This document shows positions 1 to 8,098 of a DNA stretch of 28,764 nt, in pieces; positions within the stretch are counted from its first letter, which is position 1; the number at the start of each line of letters is the position of its first letter. The notes under the pieces were generated by a model, which saw only the letters and a program-made list of their open reading frames with translations, did not search any database and was not told the DNA's origin. The DNA is from Fibrobacterota bacterium (GTDB lineage Bacteria > Fibrobacterota > Fibrobacteria > UBA11236). The stretch is from positions 1 through 28,764 of the forward strand of contig JAYUVP010000056.1 of the NCBI GenBank assembly GCA_043753995.1. The letters are read 5' to 3'. The position numbers and the translations under genes were made by a program.

Positions 1-1
1 C

Positions 2-679
2 CCCAGGGAGCGAGCCGAACACATGATGTGGTCGAGTTTGCTTTGTGTCGCCGCGCTTGGAATTTCCCGACTCGCAGCCGATTCTTTCGTACCTGACAAA
101 GAAACAACAAACGAATTTCCGAGCCGGAATTACGTCAGTGCAGGGCGGCTACCAAAATGGCTGCTAGTGATCGCCCTGGCGATGGCATTGGGGTCCTTTG
201 TTTTTTCTGGGCTCAGAGTATGGGCCGAGTCTCGCGTCTATCACATGATTGGATCGCATAAAGCCAAGGATTGGGAAGGCCTCTTAGGCTATTCCCAAGG
301 CATTCCCGCTTGGCTATGCGATTTGACACCGGCGGGTAGCCCCTTGCTATGGCATCAAGGCATTGCCCAAGTTGAATTGAATCGGTGGCGCGAAGCCGAG
401 GCGGACTTTTTGGAGGCGCTGAAGGTTCACCCCTTTCATCTCCCCTTGCTCAACAATTTAGCGGTTTGTCGTATCAAATCTTTGGATACTTTATCAGCAA
501 TCGAATACCTTGAGCGTATAGCACTTCTTCGTTCTTATGACAGTCAAAGCGCGATCACACTGGCTTGGTTAAAATGGAGGCGAGGGGATTTGGCTGGGGC
601 CAAGTCGACCTTGCAAAAGGTGAGTTTCACCCAACGCAATCAAGCTTGGGAAGCACTGCATCGTTTGAGTGAACAATGA
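2..679 (+). CDS. 3' part of a membrane protein with C-terminal TPR repeats, probably O-antigen ligase-like + TPR; 5'-truncated by the window edge
   Basis: The frame is open from base 2 (PRERAEHMMW...). Two hydrophobic segments are followed by TPR-like helices (W..GIA..EL.R..EA...F.EAL..HP; LNNLA.C......AI.Y.E). The PRER.EH segment resembles the end of O-antigen ligase-TPR proteins (inference). The stop overlaps the next start (ATGA). Confidence 0.6.
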   Translation, partial: PRERAEHMMWSSLLCVAALGISRLAADSFVPDKETTNEFPSRNYVSAGRLPKWLLVIALAMALGSFVFSGLRVWAESRVYHMIGSHKAKDWEGLLGYSQGIPAWLCDLTPAGSPLLWHQGIAQVELNRWREAEADFLEALKVHPFHLPLLNNLAVCRIKSLDTLSAIEYLERIALLRSYDSQSAITLAWLKWRRGDLAGAKSTLQKVSFTQRNQAWEALHRLSEQ

Positions 680-2898
680 ACGCAAAGGAAACCATGTCCC
701 ATCCATCACCTGACACGCGAAATGTCGTCTTATTCGTCGCGCTAATGATTTGGGGGCATGGCATAGGCTTCTCCCAAACCAATCCCAATTTGAATATTCC
801 CGCTGAATTGCTTCCCTGTGTCCAGTATGAGAAAACTTGGCTTATTCCGGCATCCATTATGCCGTCCATGGGCTTGAAAAAAGTGGCGGCAACCGTGAAT
901 GACACGTTTGAGTTGCGCTGCGGATCCCAAAACCTGAAATTCAATGCGGTGGCCTCTCAGTCCTATTCGATACGGGTTCCCTGCCAAATGGGACCGTCGG
1001 TATGCAGTATCTATACCCTCGACGGAAAGCTTTACGCGTCCAATGCCGTTACCATCGTCAATCCCAATACCCAAACCTTGAAAGCAAGCATAAGTTCGCA
1101 AAGCGGCAAGGTTCGAAATTCCCTGCGAGGATGGATAGAGGGGCAAGGGCTTTGGTTTGGAAGCCTTCCCTCATCGGGCTCCTTCGTGCATCAAGTCCGT
1201 TCCATTTCCCTGCGCCATTCCACCGATCGCATCGATTTTCAAATCGACTCCATTCCCACCCCGTACAAAGCCTATGGTCGGTTTGATTTTAATATCAATC
1301 TTCCTCCCACCTCTTATGACTTGCATGTCGAGCGCACCGATCGCGCCACTCTGGTAGAGGCTGCGGCATTTCGTTTGGATACGGTAGACGCCCCGCGTGT
1401 GGACAGCGTTTTTCCAGAAACCTTGGGACTGGGCACAGTCACCACATTGACCCTACTCGGCGAGAATATGAATTTCGGATATAAAACCTCCACATTCACT
1501 CTTGTCGATGGCGACAAACTCAAAGGCGTCTTACTTCGGCACAAGGACAAGGTGAAAGAAGCCGATGAAATCCCAATGCTATCCGAATCTTATCTGCCAC
1601 CCAAGATTCAAAATGGATTTTATGCCTCCTTTATTCCCCCTGATGATTTTCCAGAGGGGTTTGCCGATTTGGGCGTAATAGTTGCGGGCCGTAGCGATAC
1701 AGCCTATTCCTTGAATGCTGTGTTTCTTAAAAAAAGTCAGCCGTCACTCCGCTCTTTTTCGCCTGCAGTTTGGGGCCAAGGACGGTTGGAAGCGAAAATC
1801 ATCATGAAAGATCCTCCTCCGGGTATTTCGAGAACTGAAATTCGTCTTATTCAGGGCGCGCAGTCCGTGGTTGGGTCCTTATTGGATGCCCAGCCGACGG
1901 ATACCTTGATTCATGTCGCATTTCCATTCACATTTCGCAGTGACACGGGAGACTATGACATTCAATTCCGACGAGGAGACGAGATTTTATTTTCGAGAAA
2001 GGGAGTGTTAAAAATCCTGCCCCCCGTCATGTTGCAATTGGGGCCGAATTCAGGTGAACAGGGCAGCCCCAAAAGCTCTTACCTCTACACGCAATACCCC
2101 TTGAATGGCCTGAAAATCAGTGATCTCCAAAGCTATAGTCTTTGCCAAGGCGCAAAATGCCTTTCCGTTTCCGCCGTCATTACCGACAGCATAAGTCCGC
2201 AGTCAACGTTTCAAATGAATTTGACCCTGCCAGAAAATGCATCTCCAGGTTTATATGACTTTCAATCGGACCTGCGCGGCTTTCCAAAAAGCCTGAACCA
2301 AAAAAACGCCTTTTTGGTTTTTCCTAAAGGTGCCTTGCCTCTCATTCCTCGATCCGCAGCCCCGATTCATGACACCGCGTATTGGCGGTTTTACGCCAAT
2401 GAGGAAAACTCGCCAACCTTTATTCTCCCCCCTTATTTCTGCAACATCACTGTGAACTCTCCCTCGCAATTGCCGAAAGGGATGGCATGGAAAGGGAACG
2501 GATTTGCTTGGAAGCCTAGCCTTGCCGATACGGGCACTTATTTGATTGATTTTACAGAGCGGGAGGCTTGTGCCGGAAAGCGATATTTTGTTGCTATCCA
2601 GGTTGTTTCCGAAAAGTCGGTTCCTATTTTGTGGCCAAGCCGGCCACCGGGCAAATTCGATTTCAGCGTAACACGCTTATTACCTTCCCCCGAACCGGGT
2701 GTTTTGCGGGTGGAAACGAGCCAACCCGTGCAACTTGATTTGTACACGACTCGTGGCCGTCTTATTTCGCAATTCGAACTAAACTCACCGGGTCAATATT
2801 CTTTACGCCTTCCTCTCCTGCTATCTCCTGGAACTTTACTTTTTTGCCGCCTGAGACATGACGGCCTCAGCGCTGGAGGGCTGTGGTTGACGCCTTGA
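676..2898 (+). CDS. Secreted 740-aa protein with about four tandem IPT/TIG-like Ig repeats, a putative-Ig domain and a C-terminal sorting-like domain
   Basis: N-terminal signal-like segment. A recurring 'L...(F/L)....P..G.YD....AF' pattern. 'LPKGMAW..NGFAWKPSLADTGTY' is typical of putative Ig domains. The C-terminal 'LDLYTTRGRLI...G.Y....PG.LF.RL' resembles T9SS-type C-terminal domains. Confidence 0.7.
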   Translation: MNAKETMSHPSPDTRNVVLFVALMIWGHGIGFSQTNPNLNIPAELLPCVQYEKTWLIPASIMPSMGLKKVAATVNDTFELRCGSQNLKFNAVASQSYSIRVPCQMGPSVCSIYTLDGKLYASNAVTIVNPNTQTLKASISSQSGKVRNSLRGWIEGQGLWFGSLPSSGSFVHQVRSISLRHSTDRIDFQIDSIPTPYKAYGRFDFNINLPPTSYDLHVERTDRATLVEAAAFRLDTVDAPRVDSVFPETLGLGTVTTLTLLGENMNFGYKTSTFTLVDGDKLKGVLLRHKDKVKEADEIPMLSESYLPPKIQNGFYASFIPPDDFPEGFADLGVIVAGRSDTAYSLNAVFLKKSQPSLRSFSPAVWGQGRLEAKIIMKDPPPGISRTEIRLIQGAQSVVGSLLDAQPTDTLIHVAFPFTFRSDTGDYDIQFRRGDEILFSRKGVLKILPPVMLQLGPNSGEQGSPKSSYLYTQYPLNGLKISDLQSYSLCQGAKCLSVSAVITDSISPQSTFQMNLTLPENASPGLYDFQSDLRGFPKSLNQKNAFLVFPKGALPLIPRSAAPIHDTAYWRFYANEENSPTFILPPYFCNITVNSPSQLPKGMAWKGNGFAWKPSLADTGTYLIDFTEREACAGKRYFVAIQVVSEKSVPILWPSRPPGKFDFSVTRLLPSPEPGVLRVETSQPVQLDLYTTRGRLISQFELNSPGQYSLRLPLLLSPGTLLFCRLRHDGLSAGGLWLTP

Positions 2899-2920
2899 GT
2901 AAAACGATTCCGGGCTTCTC

Positions 2921-4384
2921 TTGTTAGGCTCCAAAGCAATAGCCTCGCCTTTGCAACCCCTGCAAGTTTTGGGCTGCGCTTCCGGTGTTGGCAAATCCCT
3001 GTTGACGGCGGGCCTAGGGCGTGCCTTGCGGCGGCGCGGTCTTTCCGTCGCGCCTTTCAAGGCGCAGAATATGAGCCTGCAGGCGGCCGTCACACGCGAT
3101 GGCGGCGAAATCGCTCGCGCCCAATGGCTGCAAGCCTTGGCTTGCGGCATTGAGCCCGAGCGGCGAATGAATCCCGTCCTGGTGAAACCGCTCGATTCGC
3201 ATCGGGCCCAAGTGGTGGTGATGGGCAAGGCCGATGCCGCCCTCTCCGCCTTGCCCTGGAGAGAAAGGCAAGCCTTGCTCTGGCCCGCCATTGCCACGGC
3301 CTACGACTCGCTAGCACGTGATCATGATTTGATTCTCATCGAAGGCGCGGGCAGTCCCGCCGAGGTCAATTTGATCGATAGTGATTTGGCGAATCTCGCC
3401 ATCGCGCGTCATTCCAATGCCCTGGGGATTTTGGCGGGCGACATCGATCGCGGCGGAGTTTATGCCCATTTGCAGGGTACCTATGTCGCTATGCCGAGTG
3501 ATTTGCAAAGCCGCTTACTCGGATTCGTGCTCAATAAATTTCGAGGCGATGCCGCGTTACTGGCTCCCGCGCATGCTTGGCTGAAAGAGCAATCCGGAAA
3601 GGATATTCTGGCTGTTCTTCCTTGGTTCGAGCATCGATTCCCCGAGGAAGACACCCCCGGCTTCGGGCACACCTGGGCCGGGGATGCCACCAATTTGGCG
3701 GTCATCGCTTATCCTCATGCCAGCAATGTCGATGATTTCGATCCCTTGAAAGCCGAGCCAGGAGTGCGCGTGGTGGCCATTTCGAAGGCACGTCGCTTGC
3801 AAGGCTTCGATGCCATCCTTTTGCCCGGCAGCCGCAATGTCGCCGGCAGCCTGCGCTTTTTGCGCGAAAGCGGTTTGGATCAAGCCATACTTGCCGCGGC
3901 CGCAGCCGGCATTCCGGTTTTCGGCATTTGCGGCGGCTTACAAATTCTCGGCGAGAGATTGGACGATCCCCTCGGTCTCGAAACCGCCGGCGGCGAAAGT
4001 TGCAGGGGACTAGGCCTTTTGCCCTTGTCGACGGTTTTGCATGTCGACAAACAGGTTCGGCAAGTCCGCGCCGCTTGCGAGTACGGTTTCGAGGTCTCGG
4101 GTTATGAGATTCATCATGGTATCACACGGGTTACGGGTCCGGCAGATGAACATTTGAGTGATGGCCTGGGCTATCGCCGGGAAAAGGTTGCTGGGGTTTA
4201 TCTTCACGGTCTCCTTCATGATACGGGGTATCGCCGACGTTTCCTTGCGGATTTGGGACACGCCGACTCAGGTTTTGATTTCATGGCGCAATTGCATAAC
4301 GATCTGGATCGACTCGCCGACGTAATGGAGGCGAGCGGGCTTATTGCGGCCTTGGCGCTAAAGCATCCGGCATTGATTCGCTAA
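2921..4384 (+). CDS. cobQ: Cobyric acid synthase
   Basis: N-terminal P-loop G..SGVGKS, plus PFKAQNMS, MNPVLVKP, IEGAGSPAEVN, DIDRGG and NKFRGD motifs. Glutamine amidotransferase domain LPGS..GICGG.Q..GYEIHHG..YLHG. The exact start (TTG) is uncertain. Confidence 0.95.
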   Translation: MLGSKAIASPLQPLQVLGCASGVGKSLLTAGLGRALRRRGLSVAPFKAQNMSLQAAVTRDGGEIARAQWLQALACGIEPERRMNPVLVKPLDSHRAQVVVMGKADAALSALPWRERQALLWPAIATAYDSLARDHDLILIEGAGSPAEVNLIDSDLANLAIARHSNALGILAGDIDRGGVYAHLQGTYVAMPSDLQSRLLGFVLNKFRGDAALLAPAHAWLKEQSGKDILAVLPWFEHRFPEEDTPGFGHTWAGDATNLAVIAYPHASNVDDFDPLKAEPGVRVVAISKARRLQGFDAILLPGSRNVAGSLRFLRESGLDQAILAAAAAGIPVFGICGGLQILGERLDDPLGLETAGGESCRGLGLLPLSTVLHVDKQVRQVRAACEYGFEVSGYEIHHGITRVTGPADEHLSDGLGYRREKVAGVYLHGLLHDTGYRRRFLADLGHADSGFDFMAQLHNDLDRLADVMEASGLIAALALKHPALIR

Positions 4385-4396
4385 GAGGAAGAACCA

Positions 4397-4859
4397 CTGA
4401 CGTTTCTGTCATTGCACGAGAGCACGAACCGGGCGAATAGGAAGGAGCCAAGCGCCGACCGCCTTCGCACCCCAGGGAAACGCGCAAAAGTGGTCGGACG
4501 TCTGACGTTTCCGTCATCCGCCGGGTCTCGCGGTCCTCGCTCGCTTCGCTCACTGCGGAGCGAGCCCCTTCGGAGACGTCCACCGCCGTCCTTAGCGCAC
4601 GCCGAAAGCCTTGCTTCGAAGCCAGCATAGAGGGTCACGGGGGCGTTACGGGGGCGGAGCCCCCGTAGAGAGGGCAGGTCGAGACCCCGCAGGCGTTGGG
4701 GGCTCCAGGGCAATGCCCATCGGCGAAAAAAAGCGGAGAGGCATCGACCGTGCGCCGTGTCTCCGGGGATAGGCGAGGGGTGGCGGTGAGCGCCTGAAAA
4801 AGAGCTCGCTCCGCAGGCCATTGCCTACAAGGCCGCTCCTAGGCCGAGGACCCGCGAGA
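4397..4859. repeat. Non-coding foldback element: nested long-range inverted repeats, a duplicated 16-bp hairpin and GC-rich mini-hairpins (REP/MITE-like or structured RNA)
   Basis: CTGCGGAGCGAGC (4553-4565) is the exact reverse complement of 4804-4816. 4526-4539 pairs with 4845-4859 with one bulge, and 4581-4596 pairs imperfectly with 4773-4788. CTGACGTTTC(T/C)GTCAT occurs at 4397 and 4502. The hairpin TACGGGGGC-GGA-GCCCCCGTA lies at 4647-4667. Confidence 0.75.
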
Positions 4860-4913
4860 TCTTTTCCAGGCCGAACATCAGCCACCCCGCACAACACCGA
4901 GGAGGCTCGACTG

Positions 4914-4931
4914 AGGGAGAGACCTCTCCCT
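4914..4931. terminator. Stem-loop immediately after the aroC stop codon; possible terminator
   Basis: AGGGAGA-GACC-TCTCCCT (7-bp stem). There is only a short T run, on the + strand side, so intrinsic termination is uncertain. Confidence 0.35.
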
Positions 4932-4932
4932 T

Positions 4933-6030
4933 TCACACAAACAATCCGTGCCGCGCCCTCTGCTCCAGAAAAAGATCGGCCAAGGTTAAGGCGGCCATGG
5001 CTTCAACCATGACCACGGCCCGAGGTAACACGCAAGGGTCGTGACGTCCCTTGGCGGACAGGGTGGCGGGCTCGCCGCTTTGATTGACTGTCGTTTGGCT
5101 TTGGGATATGGTGGCCGTGGGCTTGAAGGCGATGCGGCAAGTGATGGGCTCGCCATTGGTGATGCCGCCTTGTACGCCTCCGCTGCGATTGGACGCCGTG
5201 CCTATGCCATGGGGCGAGGCTGGCTTGGGAATGAAGGCGTCATTGTGGTCTGATCCGAAAAGCCGGGTGCCCGCGAAGCCGCTGCCGATTTCAAAACCCT
5301 TGGTGGCGGGGAGTGAGAGCATGGCGCGCGCGAGTTCGGCTTCGACGCGGTGGAAAACCGGTTCACCGATGCCCGGAGGTGGATTTTTGATAATGAGTTG
5401 AATCACGCCACCCAGAGAATCTTGGGCCTTGCGTGCGGCGTCGATAGCTGCTTCCATGGCCACACTGGCAATCATCTCGGGACAACGCACCAAGGAGGCT
5501 TCGACGGCTTCGAGCGTTACTGAGAGCGGATCGATGGCGCAATCGATGGCGCCGACCTGGCTGACATAGGCGATGATTTCCGTACCGCCAGCGAGCCGAA
5601 GTAACTTGCGTGCTACGGCTCCTGCGGCCACGCGTCCGATGGTTTCACGGGCCGAACTGCGTCCGCCGCCGCGAAAATCTCGAAAGCCGTATTTCAAGTC
5701 ATAGGTGAAGTCGGCATGCGAGGGACGATAGAGGGATTGCATGTCGCCATAGTCATGCGAGCGTTGATCGGTATTGTCGACCATCATCGCGATGGGCGTG
5801 CCTGTGGTCTTGCCTTCGAAAAGGCCGGAGACGATGCGAATAGCATCGGCTTCCTTACGGGGGGTGGTGAGGCGGTTTTGACCGGGACGACGGCGATCCA
5901 GGTCGGACTGAATTTCTTCGGCCGTCAGGGGGAGGCCGGCAGGGCAGCCATCCAGGACCACGCCCACGGAAAGGCCGTGGCTTTCCCCGAAAGTGGCGAT
6001 TTGAAACAGATTTCCATAAATCGAAGACAT
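4933..6030 (-). CDS. aroC: Chorismate synthase
   Basis: [43 protein letters not shown] and GRHDPC signature motifs. Start set at MSSIYG (6030) instead of the ORF-track 6156, because family members begin just before FGESHG. Confidence 0.97.
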   Translation of the reverse strand: MSSIYGNLFQIATFGESHGLSVGVVLDGCPAGLPLTAEEIQSDLDRRRPGQNRLTTPRKEADAIRIVSGLFEGKTTGTPIAMMVDNTDQRSHDYGDMQSLYRPSHADFTYDLKYGFRDFRGGGRSSARETIGRVAAGAVARKLLRLAGGTEIIAYVSQVGAIDCAIDPLSVTLEAVEASLVRCPEMIASVAMEAAIDAARKAQDSLGGVIQLIIKNPPPGIGEPVFHRVEAELARAMLSLPATKGFEIGSGFAGTRLFGSDHNDAFIPKPASPHGIGTASNRSGGVQGGITNGEPITCRIAFKPTATISQSQTTVNQSGEPATLSAKGRHDPCVLPRAVVMVEAMAALTLADLFLEQRARHGLFV

Positions 6031-6079
6031 AGGCCTAAAGGTGCAATTTTGAGGAAAATACGCCAGATTTCGACCCTGG

Positions 6080-6120
6080 TTGACGGTTTTCGTGTGCATC
6101 GTGTACACTATTATCGTGTG
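6080..6120 (+). promoter_or_regulatory. Sigma70-type promoter of the toxin-antitoxin operon, overlapped by a putative autorepression operator
   Basis: TTGACG (6080-6085), 18-nt spacer, TACACT (6104-6109). Three TCGTGT copies (6090, 6099, 6114) and the palindrome GTGTACAC (6101-6108) overlap it. Confidence 0.55.
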
Positions 6121-6176
6121 ATTCCCTGGCGCCAAAAGCGTGATGGGCCCCACCATTCAGCAACCTGGAGTTCGCT

Positions 6177-6398
6177 ATGCTGCGCAATATCACCTTCAGT
6201 GCCGAGGAAACCGTGATTGATCAAGCCAGAGCGCGGGCGCGCAAAGAGAATCGAACCTTGAATGAGGCCTTCCGTGATTGGCTGGGGCTTTACGCCGATG
6301 CTCCCCGGATCAAGGACTTACAGGCTCTTTTCGCTCGGCTCAACTATGTCGATTTGGGCGGGCCCGTCAGTCGTGAGGAAATGAATGCCCGGCGTTGA
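6177..6398 (+). CDS. Putative antitoxin (ribbon-helix-helix/CopG-like, VapB role)
   Basis: 73 aa with an N-terminal strand-helix-helix pattern (RNITFS..E..I..AR..A....TLN...R.WL). A GGAG RBS lies upstream, and it overlaps the PIN gene by 14 bp. Confidence 0.8.
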   Translation: MLRNITFSAEETVIDQARARARKENRTLNEAFRDWLGLYADAPRIKDLQALFARLNYVDLGGPVSREEMNARR

Positions 6399-6807
6399 AG
6401 GCGTACTGGATACCAATATTTTGGTCTATGCCTTTTCTCCGGGAGAGGGTATAAAATGGCAGAAAGCACAAGCCTTATTGGTGAATTGCCAAGCTTTAAA
6501 TCTGGCAGTGAGTTTTCAGGTCATCCAAGAATTCATCAACGTGGCTTTGCGAAAATCCCGTCCAGCCATATCGGGATTCGACTTGGGCCAAGTGCTCGAT
6601 CACGTGCTATTGCCGCTCTGCCGCATTTGGCCATCGGCCGACTTTTACCGTGAGGCCCTTGCCACGCAAATGGCCACGGGTCTTTCTTGGTATGACAGCC
6701 TGATTTTGCAGGGAGCCTTGGAATGTCGAGCCCCGAAGCTTTACTCCGAGGATTTGCAAGAAGGCTACCGTTACCGCAGTGTTACGGTAGTTAATCCGTT
6801 TCGGTAG
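6385..6807 (+). CDS. vapC: PIN-domain toxin (VapC family RNase)
   Basis: Acidic PIN residues in LDTNILVY, QVIQEF, WYDSLI and LYSEDL; ends V.NPF. Confidence 0.9.
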   Translation: MPGVEGVLDTNILVYAFSPGEGIKWQKAQALLVNCQALNLAVSFQVIQEFINVALRKSRPAISGFDLGQVLDHVLLPLCRIWPSADFYREALATQMATGLSWYDSLILQGALECRAPKLYSEDLQEGYRYRSVTVVNPFR

Positions 6808-6821
6808 GCTTTGGTGAGGGT

Positions 6822-7157
6822 TTAAGTCCCACCTTGCAATTTGGGATTGTTCTTATGCCGCTCGGCGTCGCGTTCGGTTTTCTTGACCAGGTTTTTTTCC
6901 AACGCGTCGGTCAGGTTCACGCCGGTTTGATTGGCCAGGCAAATGAGCACGAATAAAACGTCCGCCATTTCATCGGGTAATTCGCGCGCCAAATCGGATT
7001 TTTTGAAGCTTTGATCGCCATAGGTGCGGGCCATGATGCGCGCCAGTTCGCCTACTTCTTCCATAAGCACGGCGGTATTGGTCAATTCTGAGAAATATCG
7101 CACGCCCACGGTCTTGATCCAATGGTCGACGCGGTCTTGGGCTTCTTGCAATGTCAT
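6822..7157 (-). CDS. MazG-like nucleotide pyrophosphohydrolase (YpjD-like)
   Basis: EEVGELAR and DEMADVLF..ICLANQTG motifs in a 111-aa single-domain protein; GGAG upstream. Confidence 0.9.
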   Translation of the reverse strand: MTLQEAQDRVDHWIKTVGVRYFSELTNTAVLMEEVGELARIMARTYGDQSFKKSDLARELPDEMADVLFVLICLANQTGVNLTDALEKNLVKKTERDAERHKNNPKLQGGT

Positions 7158-7210
7158 GGCGGCTCCGAGTAAGGGGATAATTCGCTATGGTGAAGTAATT
7201 TAATCCTCCC

Positions 7211-8098
7211 ATGTTTCGCCGCGACATTTTGAGTTGGTGGTTTCGCCCTGCCTTTTTACAGCCTGTTCTCGCGCCTTTCCGTCGGCGGCACGACACCTTA
7301 TTCGCCGGGCCTTGGGTTGGCGAGTTCGGCTGGGAGTTGATGTGCTGGCAGGGCTTCGTGCGCAAGCTAGCGAGCCGCTATCGCCGCGTGGTGGTGGCCT
7401 GCCCCCGGGGGCGCGAGGCGCTCTATGCCGACTTTGCGGGAGAAATCATATCCCATGACTTACGCGGCGTCTCGGAATGCAATGTCATGCATGACCTGAA
7501 AAACCCTGAAGAATTGCGCCGGATCATGGCTTTGATTCCTCGGGACGCCGATGTACTCAAGCCCTTGGGGTATCAGCCTTTTTCGCGTCAAACCCTGATT
7601 CGCTTCGGCAAGCCGAAAAAGGAATTGGCCTTCGACATTTTGTTTCATCCCCGCGGGCGTAGCTTCGGGGTGGATCGCAATTGGAGCTTGGAAAAATGGC
7701 TGGACTTGCTGGGCCGCATGCGCGACGCCGGACTGAAGGTCGGTTGCCTCGGTGTGCGCGCCGCCACCTTGGAGATAACCGGCGATTTCACGGATTGGCG
7801 CGATCGCCCCTTGGCCGAAACTTTGGACATCATCGCCTCGTCGCGCTTGGTGATCGGGCCTTCTTCGGGGCCAATGCATTTGGCCAGCCTTTGCGGCACC
7901 CCGCATGTGGTTTGGACCGATGGCGGCAAATATGCCCGTGGCCATACCAATCGTTACAAGTACGAGTCTTGGTGGAACCCGCATGGCACGCCAGTGCAAG
8001 TCCTCGACGACGAAGCCTTCGATCCCTCGGTGGAAAAGGTTTGGGGGGCCGTACAGCGCAGCTTGAAAACCAAGAATCAAGTCGGCGGTGACGCATGA
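7211..8098 (+). CDS. Glycosyltransferase family 9-like (heptosyltransferase-type GT-B) protein
   Basis: C-terminal 'HP.....RNWSLEKW..L' and 'L.E...IIA.S.LVIGPSSGPMHLASL.GTP' GT9 motifs; the N-terminal domain is divergent. Confidence 0.75.
   Translation: MFRRDILSWWFRPAFLQPVLAPFRRRHDTLFAGPWVGEFGWELMCWQGFVRKLASRYRRVVVACPRGREALYADFAGEIISHDLRGVSECNVMHDLKNPEELRRIMALIPRDADVLKPLGYQPFSRQTLIRFGKPKKELAFDILFHPRGRSFGVDRNWSLEKWLDLLGRMRDAGLKVGCLGVRAATLEITGDFTDWRDRPLAETLDIIASSRLVIGPSSGPMHLASLCGTPHVVWTDGGKYARGHTNRYKYESWWNPHGTPVQVLDDEAFDPSVEKVWGAVQRSLKTKNQVGGDA

Noticed and set aside
4397..4517. Mini CRISPR array from the two 16-bp repeats
   Set aside because: Only two copies, the repeat is too short, the 89-bp spacer is itself structured, and there are no cas genes.
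4385..4932. Cobalamin riboswitch, RNase P, tmRNA, SRP RNA or group II intron as the identity of the structured gap
   Set aside because: It lies downstream of cobQ, not upstream. I found no B12 box, GAGGAAAGUCC, tRNA-like ends, SRP loop or domain V motif by eye. An Rfam scan is still needed.
4341..5012. Short ORFs across the cobQ-aroC gap (63-146 aa, both strands)
   Set aside because: Arg/Pro/Ser-rich translations with no motif or clear RBS, as expected from GC-rich palindromic DNA.
6031..6156. 42-aa N-terminal extension of AroC in the ORF track
   Set aside because: It runs through the divergent toxin-antitoxin promoter, and family homology starts at MSSIYG.
6177..7157. PIN toxin-antitoxin plus MazG-like gene as one anti-phage system
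   Set aside because: The genes are convergent, and the MazG-like protein looks like the widespread housekeeping YpjD type.
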